From Trichoplax adhaerens (Eukaryota > Animalia > Placozoa), in NCBI RefSeq assembly GCF_000150275.1, contig NW_002060945.1, positions 8,572,011-8,636,010 on the forward strand: a stretch of DNA of 64,000 nt. Reading direction: 5' to 3'. Both the position numbers and the translations under genes were made by a program. Positions 27,601-52,800 of this stretch are shown one piece after another (positions within the stretch are counted from its first letter, which is position 1; each line of letters starts with the position of its first letter). The notes under the pieces are model-generated. The model was not told where the DNA came from, ran no database searches, and saw only the letters and a list, made by a program, of their open reading frames with translations.

Positions 27601-28939
27601 TTTGAATTAATCAATACACCTTTTAGGATCTGCTTAATAGCTAGCTAAATATACTGTAGACTGATCGTAACTCGCCACTACTTAATTATTGTCTTTTTTG
27701 GAAATAATCAGTGAATTCATACTGACGAAATTTCGTTTTTTCCTACCGAATTTCTTCGACGGATAAATATTAGATTTAATTACTATAGACTGAAAAAAAT
27801 CTAAGCAATATTGGGTACGGCTATATCAGAACGCCATTCTCTTTTCTTACACCCCATTGATTTTGCTTATTTACCATATTTACTTTAACCCAACTCAATG
27901 CATTTTAATTACTATATGAAGATAATTTATTATGCATGTATCCTTTGCCTTTAAAGCTTCAATATATCCTTTCTAGAATTAAATCATCCTAATAAGTCAA
28001 GCAATTGTGGCCATAATGGACGTGAATTCTATCTATATTGGTTTAAACTGAACACTTTACACAATAATATGTCTCTATATTAAAAGTGAACTAAGCGATG
28101 AAATTCATGTATAGTACCACTAAGTCATAATTGAATCCGTCAAAAAACCTCTATAAATCCATTTGATGAAGATATATCGCTGAATTAGGATCTGTAATAA
28201 GACATATCGCGAATATGGAAAAGCACTCAAGATTTTCATAGAAAGGGATTGAGGTGAAACAGTTGAAGTTGAAGTGATCAATGAAACCATAATGCAATTG
28301 CATTCGTTCGGTTAAATTCTAGAACTACTGTAAACTGCTATGGTACTGCGTTTTCAATTAAAAAATTATTAGCGAAGAATGAATACTTTCAAAGGTCTAG
28401 ATAAGGCCATATACTGTACTTTGTTTGATGTTTAATTTTGGTGTGCTTTTAGTTAATACTACAGTGGCAAAATTGTAATATAAGATACAAACTATTGCGA
28501 ATTAATTTAATGTAGATCGGAAGGTGTTCTAAGTTTAACAGCTGAAAAGTATGTGATCCAAGGATGCGTATTTCAAAACTCGATAGTCCATAGCTACCTT
28601 GGTCGCAGAATAATTACTATACCGTACTGTATACTTACCCATTTAGAAATTGTATATGCAGTAGATAGCGTACTGATTTACCTAACTTGTAAAATATAAA
28701 TTCAAGCCAGTTTACACTGGAGTTCACTGTAGAAATCGATTTAGCGCGTGTGGTTATAAAATAAGAGTTGCAATTCCTTATCAGAAGCGTATAGAAGTTA
28801 TAACGAGAAGAAAAGTGTAGCAAGTAATCAGTTGTCAAGAGAGTACAGCCTAGACATCGTGTTCTCCATATCGTATTCACATAGAGACTGAAAATACTGG
28901 CGAAGTAGCCCGAGTTAATTATCACTCCTACACTACATG

Positions 28940-30260
28940 AGTCAAATAAATTTACTTCATAAGAACGTTCTAGAATTGATGAGCCTTATACAGCTGAGAA
29001 TTCATCGTCTCTTCAACATGAGAGCCGAATAAATTATCTGCAGTAGCAAGAGGGACTGATTGAATACCTATCACAGGGCTGACATTTCACTATCTCTTCG
29101 GTAGAAGAGTCGATCAAATTCGCTCTATTAAAATTTATAAACTTAGCGAAACTTTACGAGGTTGACGTTTCACTAGCTCTTCAACATGAGAGCCAAACCA
29201 TGATCAAATAAATGAGTAATATAAGAACTTTCTACAATTGGTGAACCTTACGACGTTTCATTATCTCCAGTTGATCATTTCGAGCCCAACAAATTTTCTT
29301 CTTGAGAATTTTCTAGAATTGGTGAACCTTACGAGACCGACGTTTTACTATCTCTTCAACGTGAAAGAGTCGAATAAATGACCAAATTGACGTTTCATGG
29401 TCTCTTCAACATGATCACTACGAGCCGAACCAATTATTTATAGCACAACTCAAGTTTCAAGACTAATCATAACCTTGTATATTTGGTAAGTTTTACGGAG
29501 TTAATGTTTCACTGTCTCTTCAATATGAGAATCGAACAAATTATCTATTTATATAGGTTAAGGTCAATCCTGGAAATATCCGATTGCCTTATATATGTTA
29601 TATTATAAATAATACGTATGAGGATTTTTCTAGATTTGGTGAAACTTATAAGGTTGGCATTCCACTAGCTCTTCAACATGAGAGCAGAGCAAATTAGTAA
29701 TACGAACCAACGCTCGTTGTACTTAGTAACTGATTCTCGGGATTCGCCATCACAACTAAATACTTGTACGGTGCTATACATTTTACTTTATATTATCACT
29801 GTCAGGCAAGAACTTTCTAGAAGTAGTAAATCTAACGAGGTTGACACTTGGCTGTCTTTTCAACGGGATAACTTCGAATCCAATAAAATTTTCAACTGAA
29901 TATTATAACCTCCTGAATTGATGAGCTTTACAAGATTAACATTTTACTGTCTTTAGAACTGCGATGGGAATAAATCATTTGGATTGTACTAGGTAGTATG
30001 ACATTGTAACTCTTATTAGTATATTTCTGGTATGCGAACCAAGTGTAATACACAGTGATAAGATGACACAGTAATAGCGATGAGTAATATCGGAAATGCC
30101 AAAATTATGCATATGTTATATATAAATAAGCTAAGTTAACGTAATAAAGCAGTTCTTAATCACCTAAGCTTGTATGCGTCATTGTGTCACTATTCGTAAA
30201 GGTTCTACTATTCAGACACATAAGAGGATAACAACTTTCTAAAATTGCTGAGCCTTGTTC
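28940..30260. repeat. Irregularly spaced degenerate array of a ~70-90-nt motif, about 10 full or partial copies
   Basis: Approximate consensus aagaactttctagaattggtgaaccttacgaggttgacgtttcactatctcttcaacatgagagccgaa, with copies near 28961, 29080, 29147, 29223, 29305, 29388, 29481, 29622, 29808, 29915 and 30232. Confidence 0.8.
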
Positions 30261-33200
30261 TACCGAGAACTACTCAAGGGAAAAATGGGCTTTATTACTT
30301 GGTACTATAAATCCGTTGATAGTCTCAATTCTTCAACTAGGGCAATTTTTTCTCCAGTCGTCGCCACTATTTATTATTGTGAACAACCGAGTAGATACTA
30401 TATACACTCTACGGACTACAAGTAACCTATGGCGTATAGTGCTAGTTAACATTGGCCAATTAGGAAAATTTCAAAATGAACGACATTTTACACAGGTGAC
30501 GATATGCCAATCTTTAGAAGACACTTATCAAAGGATTTATCTACGTATAAAAGGAATTTCTTTGAAAATTAGAAAGAAAGAGACCTTAGTAACATGCTAC
30601 CGATACATTGATGCGCGATTTTCAGACAGAAGAAGAAGAATTTGTACGATCGGTGCGGTGCTACTACTAAATGACAATTGTTATTATAATAAAGGCATGA
30701 GTGAAATTAAAGTATGAAATAATTTCCTGCTACCAGGGTAATTATACCGCGATCTAGCATACAGTATTTTATTGAAGAAAAATTGTCCTTTGGGGTATCA
30801 AAAAAAGGGATAGTAGATTGAATAAAATTTAGATTCCACTATTTAGTGGAAGAGAAATACTTGGATACTACGGCTTCCTGACGATGAAGAAGTTGGTAAT
30901 TTTTAAATGTGTAATGTGGTCTTAAATAAACAGATCGTGTTTATAGGTTAGATTAAAAGATTTTACTAGTATCGATTCGTACCTTAGTAGAAGAATTTAT
31001 TCATGTAATAAAATGAACAAGAAATACAAGTTCTTGTCCTATTTGGGACACTTATGTTACAAAGTCGAATAAGGCACTGAGAAGAGTAGGCTGTGCTTTA
31101 GACCCTGCTATTTTACTACCGTTCTGGAGCCATACAGTGAGCAAATACCGAGGAAGGTAAATCTGGTAGTAGATTCGTAGTTACTTTCCCTTAGTAAAGT
31201 TTAATTTAGTACAAGAAAACTATCTAATAGAATTCGCTTTAGTTCAAGTTATCTGGATAAATGAATCCTCATATCACAAATCACAACGGTTCAAATTTTA
31301 ATTAGCATGTTCTAGCAATAAATAACTATTCTCTAGTGATACAGTAAAATGGATTTAACAAAATACACTGATTCTTCAACTTTTTTCGATTAAATTCAGG
31401 TTTAACATTTTTGATTCAATACCAATTTGAGCATTTCACTATTCTCTTATGGTATTAACTATAAATTGAACTAAAATGTAATTCTTACCGGCAGTAAAGT
31501 AATTACTCTATAGTCTAGCAACTGAAAAACTTTAATAACGAATTATATAATTTCTGTATTTCCTGAATTTACCTTAAATGTCTACGAAAATATTCTATAG
31601 CTATTCTATGAATTTTTCCTTATAAATTTGAGCATCCTACCCTTTGCTATCAGTTTTTCTAACTTCGTTAAATACTAGATATGTACAGTTTATTTTTATA
31701 GGTATACCGTTAGTTATACGGTTAACGATCACATCACAAAAGATAGTATGCTCTAAACTTCTATACATTATAATAATTTCATTTTCTAAGCATCTTTTTT
31801 GTCATCATAGGCTTGCCTGTGATTTTAATTAGCTTATCGGCTGAAAAATAGCTTTAACAATGAATACCACTACGGAAAAATAGAGATATTAATTTTCTTT
31901 AATAAATAATATGGATATTCAAAATCCTCTCTAGATATAAACTAAGTTGAAGTTGCATAGAATATCAATTTCTGTAATATTGATGCTTTAGCTTGTTATC
32001 GAATTTGAATCGTCAGTTACCTTCACGATTTCTTAACACTTAACTAGTTTATTGCTAATAAAAATCGTTCGTTAAAGTTTGTTTGTATCTCTTATATCTC
32101 TATTAATGCAATATCTGTCTCTTAATTCATTTTAACGTCAGAAATAATTTCGATCAATGACTACAGCTTATCCTCCAAAGTTATTTCTTCCTATCTCGAA
32201 CAAATCAACTTTACTTAAATTTACTGCTACCATTGAACTACTTTCTTTTGATAAGTAAAAATTAAATGATGAACATAATTGCTTATTACTTAATCTAATA
32301 TTTCTTTCTTTAGATATCATTTTATATATACTCAATTTATAATATTTATTCTCACTACCTTCTTTGCGTTGGCCAAATTTGATCTATTGGATATCTTCTC
32401 TTCATTCCACTAATGGAAGTACGTAGCTAACTGTTCACTAAATTGGTTCTATGGAAAAGTGCTATACTTTGTTAACTTTAAGCATTATAATCCAATCAAA
32501 TACGCTTTATTTTATGTAAATTTTTAAGAATTAAAATAGGATATTATTATCGTTCATCTTATGATCGAAATCATTTATTGGTTTGTTATGACACCATAAG
32601 CGTCATAATCCAAAATGGTAAATAAATCTTACGCGTCAACTTTATTATTTGTTTTACTCTAATAATGAAAGACAAAATAATGCTATGCCATTTTCTAAAC
32701 ATTGCCATTCATCAAATTATTAAAGCTCAATGTCTTGATTCTATAGTCGGACTAATTGGAGACAAGAAAAGACAATCTTGTCAGTATCTCAAAGAGATTA
32801 ATTTGTCAGGAATAGAAAGGTCAGGAATTTCAATAGATGGAATACGAAATAAATAGATAAAGAAATGGTTTCTATGAAGTCAATAGCTCTACTATTGATT
32901 GATTCAGGAGAGATATATAGCCAATAAATTAATTAAAAGGAATACCCTTCTTAATCATAAGGATTTATTTTGAAGAGAGAAAATGATTTTAAACAGTCTG
33001 TAAACCATATCGTGCTATTTTAAAAAGTGAAATACAGCAAGATTAAAAATTCTCACTTACCGTCGATTATTCCTTATTTAATCCTTTACACTATTATTCT
33101 ATTGGCATCTTCTCTGCTGCTCTTATAAATCGATTTATAAGTTTGCACAAATAGCTTCAAATGAAATATCATTAGGAGAAGCAAAGAAAGATGGTTGCGT

Positions 33201-36200
33201 TTGATCCTTAGTGCCAGTTCTTAGCTTCTTTATGCAATGTTTGCCACAGTCATCTCTCTAAAAATGAGAAGGTGAATCTTTATCTACACCGTACGTTCTG
33301 GTCTTATCCTTAACTCTTCGAAATGATCATCTATACACGATCCAATTCTTATAGTTAGCTCTAAATCAAATGTTAGCGTTGTTACCTTAGCAATTCAAAA
33401 AATCTTAATTTACACTAATTTCTCTTCATAAAAAGACTAGCACTATTGATTGATTTTTTGTTGAATTAGTTAACTGAAAAATGAAAACAATAATGATGAT
33501 TTCAGCGGAAGTAGATCCTTGATATGGCGAAATATTAAACTGATCTAATATTCCCACCTGGAATAAAGCAAACAATATCAGATGATCTCTAATATAGATA
33601 GATGCTATGGTGATCGAAATAACATCCCTGACCATATCAAATGTTCTGAGAATAAATTATAAATTTCATTTTATTGCTCATATTTTCTAGCATAATTTAC
33701 ATACAAAATTAATAGATACCGATGAAAATGCTCATATATACTGTAAAGTAATGAAAACAAGTATTACAAATTTCGTTTAATTAATCATCTTAGCTTTCCT
33801 ACAACTATTCCATTTTCATCACAATTTAGATCTTATTTTTATAGCAACTATCTGAATCATATCGAATATAACGAAAACAATTATAAATTGCATATTATTA
33901 TTTTATTCGCCCAAGTATCATATCTCTTATAATAAAAAATTTTATAGCGATAACAACTAATCCTTGATGTAAAACCAATAGCTGTTATGATTGATTGACG
34001 GCATTATTACTTGCATTTTAATATCATAATAAAATATTTAAAATAGTAACATATACTATCATGTGTGATTAATAGCCTTTCCATCAATAAGATTCTTACT
34101 GAGCGGTATCATTATTTTTAATCCTGTCTATTCAAGTATTATTCGAAGATGAGCCTTAAGAAATACGCATTGATCTCTTTATAGTTAATTTTCATTGGCA
34201 TAAAGTTTTTTATAGACTATACCGGTAGCATTTACTACCTAATTTTGATTCTATAATACTTAGTAGCATTGAATTTTATCTAATATGGACAACAGTAACG
34301 CTATAAATCACTATTGTTCATTATAAAATTATTATAGTTATAATCTATCGTGACAATGCATACAGGAACAGATTAAAATCAATCATAGCAAATCAAGAAA
34401 AACAATTTATATAATTAATCAGTCGATTTAATCATGCTAATGATAGGAAGATCTATGTATTTTGTTATTGATTTACAAAAAACATGCATTGAAAATTTAC
34501 AATCCCTTAAATGTCGTTGATGGCTATAGATTATAACGACATCGTTGTACCTTTATTACAGCTTACTGTAATATCCTATCAATGATAATTACGTAAACTG
34601 ATGTTCTCCTTCTACTAATTTAAAAAACACAGAAATCAAAAATTGCATTGTTATAGATTGCTTTAAAAATCGATAATACTAAGCTTTTATCTATATCATT
34701 ATGGGTGAATATTAAAATATTTAAACACACTGAATATAGTAATTACCGCATTACTAACGAACTAGCACCGTTCTACCTAGCCTAGGATATAATTTGGCCT
34801 CCTCTTTTTCGTACGACAGCGCATAACTGTAATACTTTACTCGCATCATTAAATCTTATCACTAAGTAGATTTAATAGCAAATTTAAATCATTTTATATA
34901 CTATTTCTATCTTAGGACGTTACGCTTTAGGGCAACTCGAATAAACCCATTCTTTCTATTAATTAAAAATTAACACAGCATACATTGATGCTTATAAATC
35001 AATGATTCGGTAAGCTATAACGTAAAATAATTTTAACCATTCTGCTTAGCTCAAGACATAACATTGATCAGTAAACCGTTTTAAATATCAATGCAGAAAT
35101 AGCCTAACACAATAAAGTTATAATCACCGTTCATAATATAATATTGTTATGAACGAGTGATTTTTTATAGTACTACCATCGCCATATAATTTTTTCTAGA
35201 TAAGTTATCAAGAAAGTAACCGACAATGACAATTTGATCTATAGTTTTATACATATTTTGTATATATAGCATATATTTATAAAGATGTATTTAAGCAATG
35301 TCGGATGTTTAAGTAGCTAAATAACAAATTAGCTCGTACTTCAGTAAAAATGCTATATGTTTCGTACGTACTGTGCTTTATCCAAGTAGATACGAGTACA
35401 ACATTAGCTGTGGCTTTTAATGATACGATCGTCATAATTTCTAGTTATACAGTCGGTAAGATGCTGAAATGGCTTATCAAGTTGTAGATCTATTGGTTTA
35501 CGGCCACTTCAAATCTTTGCTTGTTACAGATGCAGATTGCATTGCTTCATAATATATCAATTTCTTTTTTTCTCCTTGATAGTATTTAATTTCATTTAAA
35601 GGCTAAATTGAAGACTCCATTCATTAAACAAAAATAAGGGTAAACATCAACAATTAATCCGCATCTGCATTCATAATTTAATGCTGTACTGTAGACCATT
35701 TAATACTAGTAATAAAGCATATAACTGAATTTAAGTATGTCTTCTACTGTATTTAAGATAAACTTGATTCATCCATTCATATCAGACGTCTGTCATTATT
35801 TATTTACAGCACAATATCGATTTAATAAATTAAGCCGTCTTCCAATTCTAACATGGTACTGTTTAGTTCAATTTTGAGAAGTGGGGCAAAGGCATCGACT
35901 CAGGCATCATTCTACTCTTGCACTCTAAATTAATCATGCCTGACATATTATAGATTTTCAAAATATAAAATGTAATATAAGATTTTTTCTTACTTACAAT
36001 TTCACGTAACTCAAGGACAATCAATCTCTTACACAATTGAGAAATAAGAATCCATAATACTGATACGTTTTTATCATAACTATGACGTACAATCAAGGTA
36101 TACAGTAAATAGATATAAATCGGAATTTATTATCAATAGAAGGCTACGTTTACAATATTTGCAATAGCGCTCTAAAGTTGCATTAAAATATTGCTATGTG

Positions 36201-37898
36201 TGCCTTAGACTGATGATTACACCCGCTCCATATACCTTGCGTTATACCTTCTATTTTCAGCACTGAGAAAAGAATAGGATAACTAACACCTCTAATTTAT
36301 ATTATATACATATTTAATAATAAGTACTTTGCCACCTTATTCGGTATAATAAAGTTAATCTTATATTATTCTAGGAAATGTACGAGTTATATTCCTTCTC
36401 AATGTAACTGAAAACGTTTGAAGTTAACACTATGGATGATTTCCAATATGCGTAACCCCAATTATTGTAAAGGAATCAATACAAATTCTATTTGTGTACT
36501 TTACATTCCAGTAAACAATAGTTAGAACAGGTTTAGCTTACTGAATGCGTCTTTCATTGATATATAATACATGCTTTTACTTAATGTTTAATTGAATGAC
36601 TTACACAATTCTTTTTATAGGTAATCTGCCTGTAATATGTTTTAATATATACTAATATAGGTTCTTAAAAAGGGCTATAAATTCATCGGTCAATATTTTT
36701 TTGGTACGCCATAAACAGCGGTTGCCTTGTTAAATTTCGTAAGTATTGTTATTGATAACTACAAGTTCTATCTGCGCAATAATTCATTAATTTGTTAATA
36801 AACAAATGAATCAGTCTAACCAATTAACCCTTTACTCGCAATCAAGTTATAGAGTTGTACAATTTTACCGGGCTATTTCAGTATCTAAATTACGAATAAA
36901 TCTATACTATCATAGTTAACCATTATCTATTTGTTACAGGATTATTTTAATTCTTAATAAACTACATGCATTCAAAAATTACACGATAGAAAATTCTTGA
37001 GAATTTAATTAGGATCACCATATAAACAATCATTTATTCTTTAATAACTGAGTAATTTCAGCAATAATTCTACATAGTCAGACTACCGGTATGTTATATC
37101 ATTATATGACACCTATAACATACTGTGCATATCCATTGTGAATAATAAATTGATATAACGATATTCATTTAGGTGCTATTGAATTATGTTATCATTCCTT
37201 AAGATAACACAAAGTGCACTATAAGAATTATTCATTAAGCTTATAAAAATCGATATAGATAGATAATTCCTCACATAAAAAACGTCTAGATTATGATAAA
37301 GGTCCAGTCATCACCTGCCTATACGTATAGAGAACACTTGATTATTATTATAAGGTTACAAATTGATCAAACAAGCATCTCTTACTTTAGAATTAGCGTT
37401 TTTACAAAATAATTCATAGTTATGATCTTAGTTCCTCATTATCTTACCAAAGTTAATTGACTCGTTTAAAAGTATCTGAATTTTTTTACAGTTAATATGC
37501 AAGTTGTTACTCCAGTATTCTTACATATGTGCATTTGAATTTAATCACAATAAATTTATATTAAATCAGTTTCATAACCAAGATATAACGTTTGAATATC
37601 TTTGATAGATAGTCAAGTAATCACCTATTATCTGCTATGGAAGACCATACATCAGTCGTGCAGGATAAATTGTGTATTTCGAAGCAGAACATACGCTAAC
37701 AGCAGTTATTTTAGCATAAATTGTATCGTATTTATGCATGTAAATTTAACGTAGCTGTAGAAGTCTATATGAATGAATCTGTGTTGTGAATTGGTCTAAT
37801 TCAATATCTCATCAGTAACAGCATTTAGTATTTTTTCATTTTAATTCACTCTCCCGCCGATATTATTCAACCATTTTTCATTACTAATCCTACTGATA

Positions 37899-48827
<10,929 letters not shown>

Positions 48828-49794
48828 AATTTTTTTTAAATAGAGAAGATTTTTACAACGACTCCTTTATTTCGATTTTGAATTTTCACTTGGGATTACG
48901 ACCAGATGGAAGGATTGCGTTATGACTTGATTGAATATTGGTAGGTCGTTATTTGGCCATCAAGAGATTGTCACGACAATTATTTTCTAAATAGTACCTA
49001 GTCAATTTTCTTTTTAAAAATAGTAAGACAGTAACTAGGTATAATAATAGTCTATGAAAAGTAGACTAGATGAGCAATAGTAATTTTATCCAATAAGGAG
49101 AATAAGATCAAGGACCTTTACTAAGTAGTCACTGCCACTGAAGCATAACAGAATGTATTAATCAATCCATCTATTCATGTAGGATGTTGCGGAAGGGAAA
49201 ATATAAGATTAAGGCTATAGATAGTTCTAGTTGTAAATAAGTTAAAGAGATCAGCTGTAAGCAATGATCATAAAGTGATGATGATAGGTGATACTGTTAA
49301 TAAAAATGAATTGTGCTATATAAGTAAACGGAATAATAGCTATTCTTCCTTTGATACCATGTTATTGGAATCGTGAATTATATTTAAAGAATAGCTTTAA
49401 TGTTAAAGTTCAAATGAGTATCCAATCATGAGTTAGAAATCAAAGACAGTTGAAAAATATAGGATATAAAGTTAAAAATAAGATAACGGAAGGAAAGTAA
49501 ACGCGATTGAAAGGCTACACGATTAAAATGATGTGATATCCTTCAAAGTGGCAACTTTAGATGATAAAATCTTGAGTCAATATGAGTCAATAGCTAAAAA
49601 AATTATTCAACTAAAAATTTCTTACTTCAATTTGATAAGATAGATTTTTGTACCGAATCTTTTTCTCCAATTTTAGATTGATATCGTGATTGCTATTCTA
49701 TACAGTATTTTCCCATTTCCTTCAGAAAAATGTTCCTTTAAGATAATTTATGACTACATCAAAGTATTTTATTGGCACCAGATCGATCTGTTCA

Positions 49795-49888
49795 ATTCTC
49801 TTCTGTCGCGCTTTCTTTCTCTCGCACGCACTCGCTCTCACCGCTGTCTACATGTATATCTCACTCTCTCTCTCTCTCTCTTCTTCCA
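49795..49888. promoter_or_regulatory. CT/GA-rich tract including (CT)9, about 1 kb upstream of the paralog-3 start codon; candidate promoter or 5'UTR element
   Basis: A GC-elevated pyrimidine tract (ctttctttctctcgcacgcactcgctctc ... ctctctctctctctctct) in an otherwise AT-rich background. Function is inferred from position only. Confidence 0.3.
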
Positions 49889-52800
49889 TATAAAAATTCT
49901 CTAACGACTGAATTTTGCAGCACTATATGGCGATGTTGAATCAATAAAATTGAGAAAAAATTAATGAGTAAAACAAGATTGGAAAAAGAAAATTAAACAA
50001 TAACAAGAATGAACAACGATATTGCAATACTTTTGATACTAACTATATCATGAGTAACTTGGATCGTACTTATTGTAACATGACCACAATACCTATTATC
50101 AATATTATTCACTATCTTATTTAAAGTAATAATTGGATATTATATACCGTTAATTACCAAGTAGACGATGAAAAATAATAGATAAACAACAGAAAATAGT
50201 AGTGGACAATGTCACATTATCAATTTACAATCAACAGATTGAATGACAATAAGATATAAATATTAGGTCATCTTTTATTGATATCATCATCGAGAATTTT
50301 TTCCTTTTTTAAACTATAACCTCGAGATTCTAATTTATAAATAATCCACGTAGATCAAAGAAAGAAATAGATAGTTAACTATAGCTATGACAGTTTTAAA
50401 ATTAGCCTAAATAAAGCCATTTCCAGAGAAATCAATTTCTTCAAAATTGTCTAGACCATAATATTTCTGTTAACAGAATATTCCTACTGAATTTAGCGAG
50501 TTTTTTTTCCTTTATTTAATAATCGTTGTCAACTTGATAATTTATATTTAATCATAAAATGTACAAAATAAATATGGTAGAGCTATAACATACCTTTTAT
50601 TTTTACGAATAATAATTATGATTTATAACGCACCTAACATGATATATATAGATAGCATAATGCTGATGTAATTTGACCGCTACTTGGGATATATTACGTG
50701 TAATCGTGCAAATAATCAACTTATAATATAAAATATATATAACAGATGTATTTAGCTTCTCATGACAGCAGATAGCAGTTAGTGTTTTATATTACATAGT
50801 ATTCAGAAATGATGAAGTTTACCTTTCTTGGCCTAGCATAGCTTTGTTAACAATTAATAACAGTCATGATTCTTAATATCGGCTATCTTACCAGGAAATG
50901 GATATATGTTATATACGTAGATAATACGAAGATCAGGTATTTCTCAGCTAAAATGACTATTTATAATGAATAATGCAGTAGCTATGATCCCATAGTATCT
51001 CATTATGAAAGGGATAATTTGAATTACTTCGTTAAAATGACTAGCTATAGTTAATCCTGTAACGGTTATATTTTATATGATATTATGCCTTATATAGAAA
51101 GGATACTATAAATTTAGCTTGTCTAAATGACTACTGATACGGGTACTTTTAGTTAGTATTGTAGCAATTTTGGTTCTAGATCGTTCTCGATTCTCATTAT
51201 GAAAGGCAAAGTATGTATATTGCTGCAGCTAAAGATATTTTAATTTTAGAGCTGTAACGGTTCATGAGCTATCATAATATAGTAAAACAGATAATATGAA
51301 TATCATTTGGCCCAGTAAAGATGCTTTCAAATTAATGGAGTTTTTAACTATATTATTTAGGTGATCTGAAAGAAGATAATATCTATTAAGATCATAGCTA
51401 CCTTTAGGTCCATTTAAAATCAACAGTAGTTATAATTCTCAATTATATGCTGTGTCAAATCATATTGCAAATCTATAAACACTCTTAGCTAGATGCAGCT
51501 ATAGTTTACTGTTAATTTCAGCTACGATTCTGCGTAACATGTTAAACCATACAATAAATCATGTGAATAAGTCTTGCTTAGACTTCGCCATCCGGATTTT
51601 ATAATCAACAACAGTTATAGTTTCATAATAAGCAAGAGTTTGTTAGCACTCGTTCTCAAAGCATATTTTACTGTTAGTAACTGTAATCATCATGAACGAA
51701 TAGTAGAAGTATTTTTACGGCTAAGCTTATCTTCATTTGCAGTAAAGAATGCTTACTAGCCTGTAAACATGAGGTAGATGTAGTTTAAATTACTCGTTTA
51801 ATTGATCTTGATTTACCATTAAGTACAGTTGTAAATTTGTAGTATACATCGAATTACGGAGAGAATAATGAACATTATATGTCTAAATTTATTCTTTAAT
51901 TCATGGTCATAGAGGAATATTTGGTCGTAAAGTGAATCCATAAAATAATGGTTGGTTAAATAATAGTTCACATACTCGTATGAGAAAAGATTACTGCTTG
52001 CTATTTGTCTCTAGATATAAAATTCCGTAAAAGAAGATACGGTAATTTACTTGCGAGGTAGCACATTTACAACCGCCCATCTTTTTCGATGATTTATTTG
52101 TTATATTTATCAAATTCATGCTTATTTCAGTGATCTATTTTTATAAAATGTCCGATATACGTATCGATAGATGCTATGATTTTATCGACAAATTTGAACG
52201 TTTGGAAAACTTATTTTTATCAAATATTTCAAATTTTTCAACTTTAACCAGCATGGATGCAATCTATTATACGCTGGCTATAGGTTGATTGAAGTTCAAT
52301 TGTAAACATTAACATGGTAACATATTAGAAAAATAGACTGCTACTGTAATTGTATTGAACGTAATAAGAGTTTAGTTTAACATCTGCTTGCGATTTTCTT
52401 TACATCTTTTCAGTTGGACACAAGATAATGTATTTCTGAACTCTTGTGATGACTTTACCTAATCATTCCACCATAAAGAAACCAAATGAAAAGAGGCTTA
52501 TAAGGAGATCTACGCCGATACAACATGATTATCACTATCAAACGGATGAATGTTTAACAATTTCATACTTTCCATGTTAGGTAGTTTCCTTTTCTACGCC
52601 TACACAATCGATTTAGCATTACTAGCAGTTAGCAATATCAAGTTATCTGAAGCTATATGACGTTAGTCATATAACGAAAATAGCCTAATAAGTAGAAGAA
52701 AAATACATTCAAATATGTTTTACTTAGACATACGTATCGTTTGATTAGTCTCGATGATTCAAAAAAGATTTATTACGAAGGTAATAATTAATGTCATATA

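Noticed and set aside
28940-30260. CRISPR array (repeat plus variable spacer appearance)
   Set aside because: The repeats are long and very degenerate, spacing is irregular, there are no cas genes and the context is eukaryotic.
33061-33257. Minus-strand segment bounded by a good acceptor and a consensus GTAAGT donor
   Set aside because: It has stops in all three frames and no partner exons were identified, so it cannot be supported as coding.
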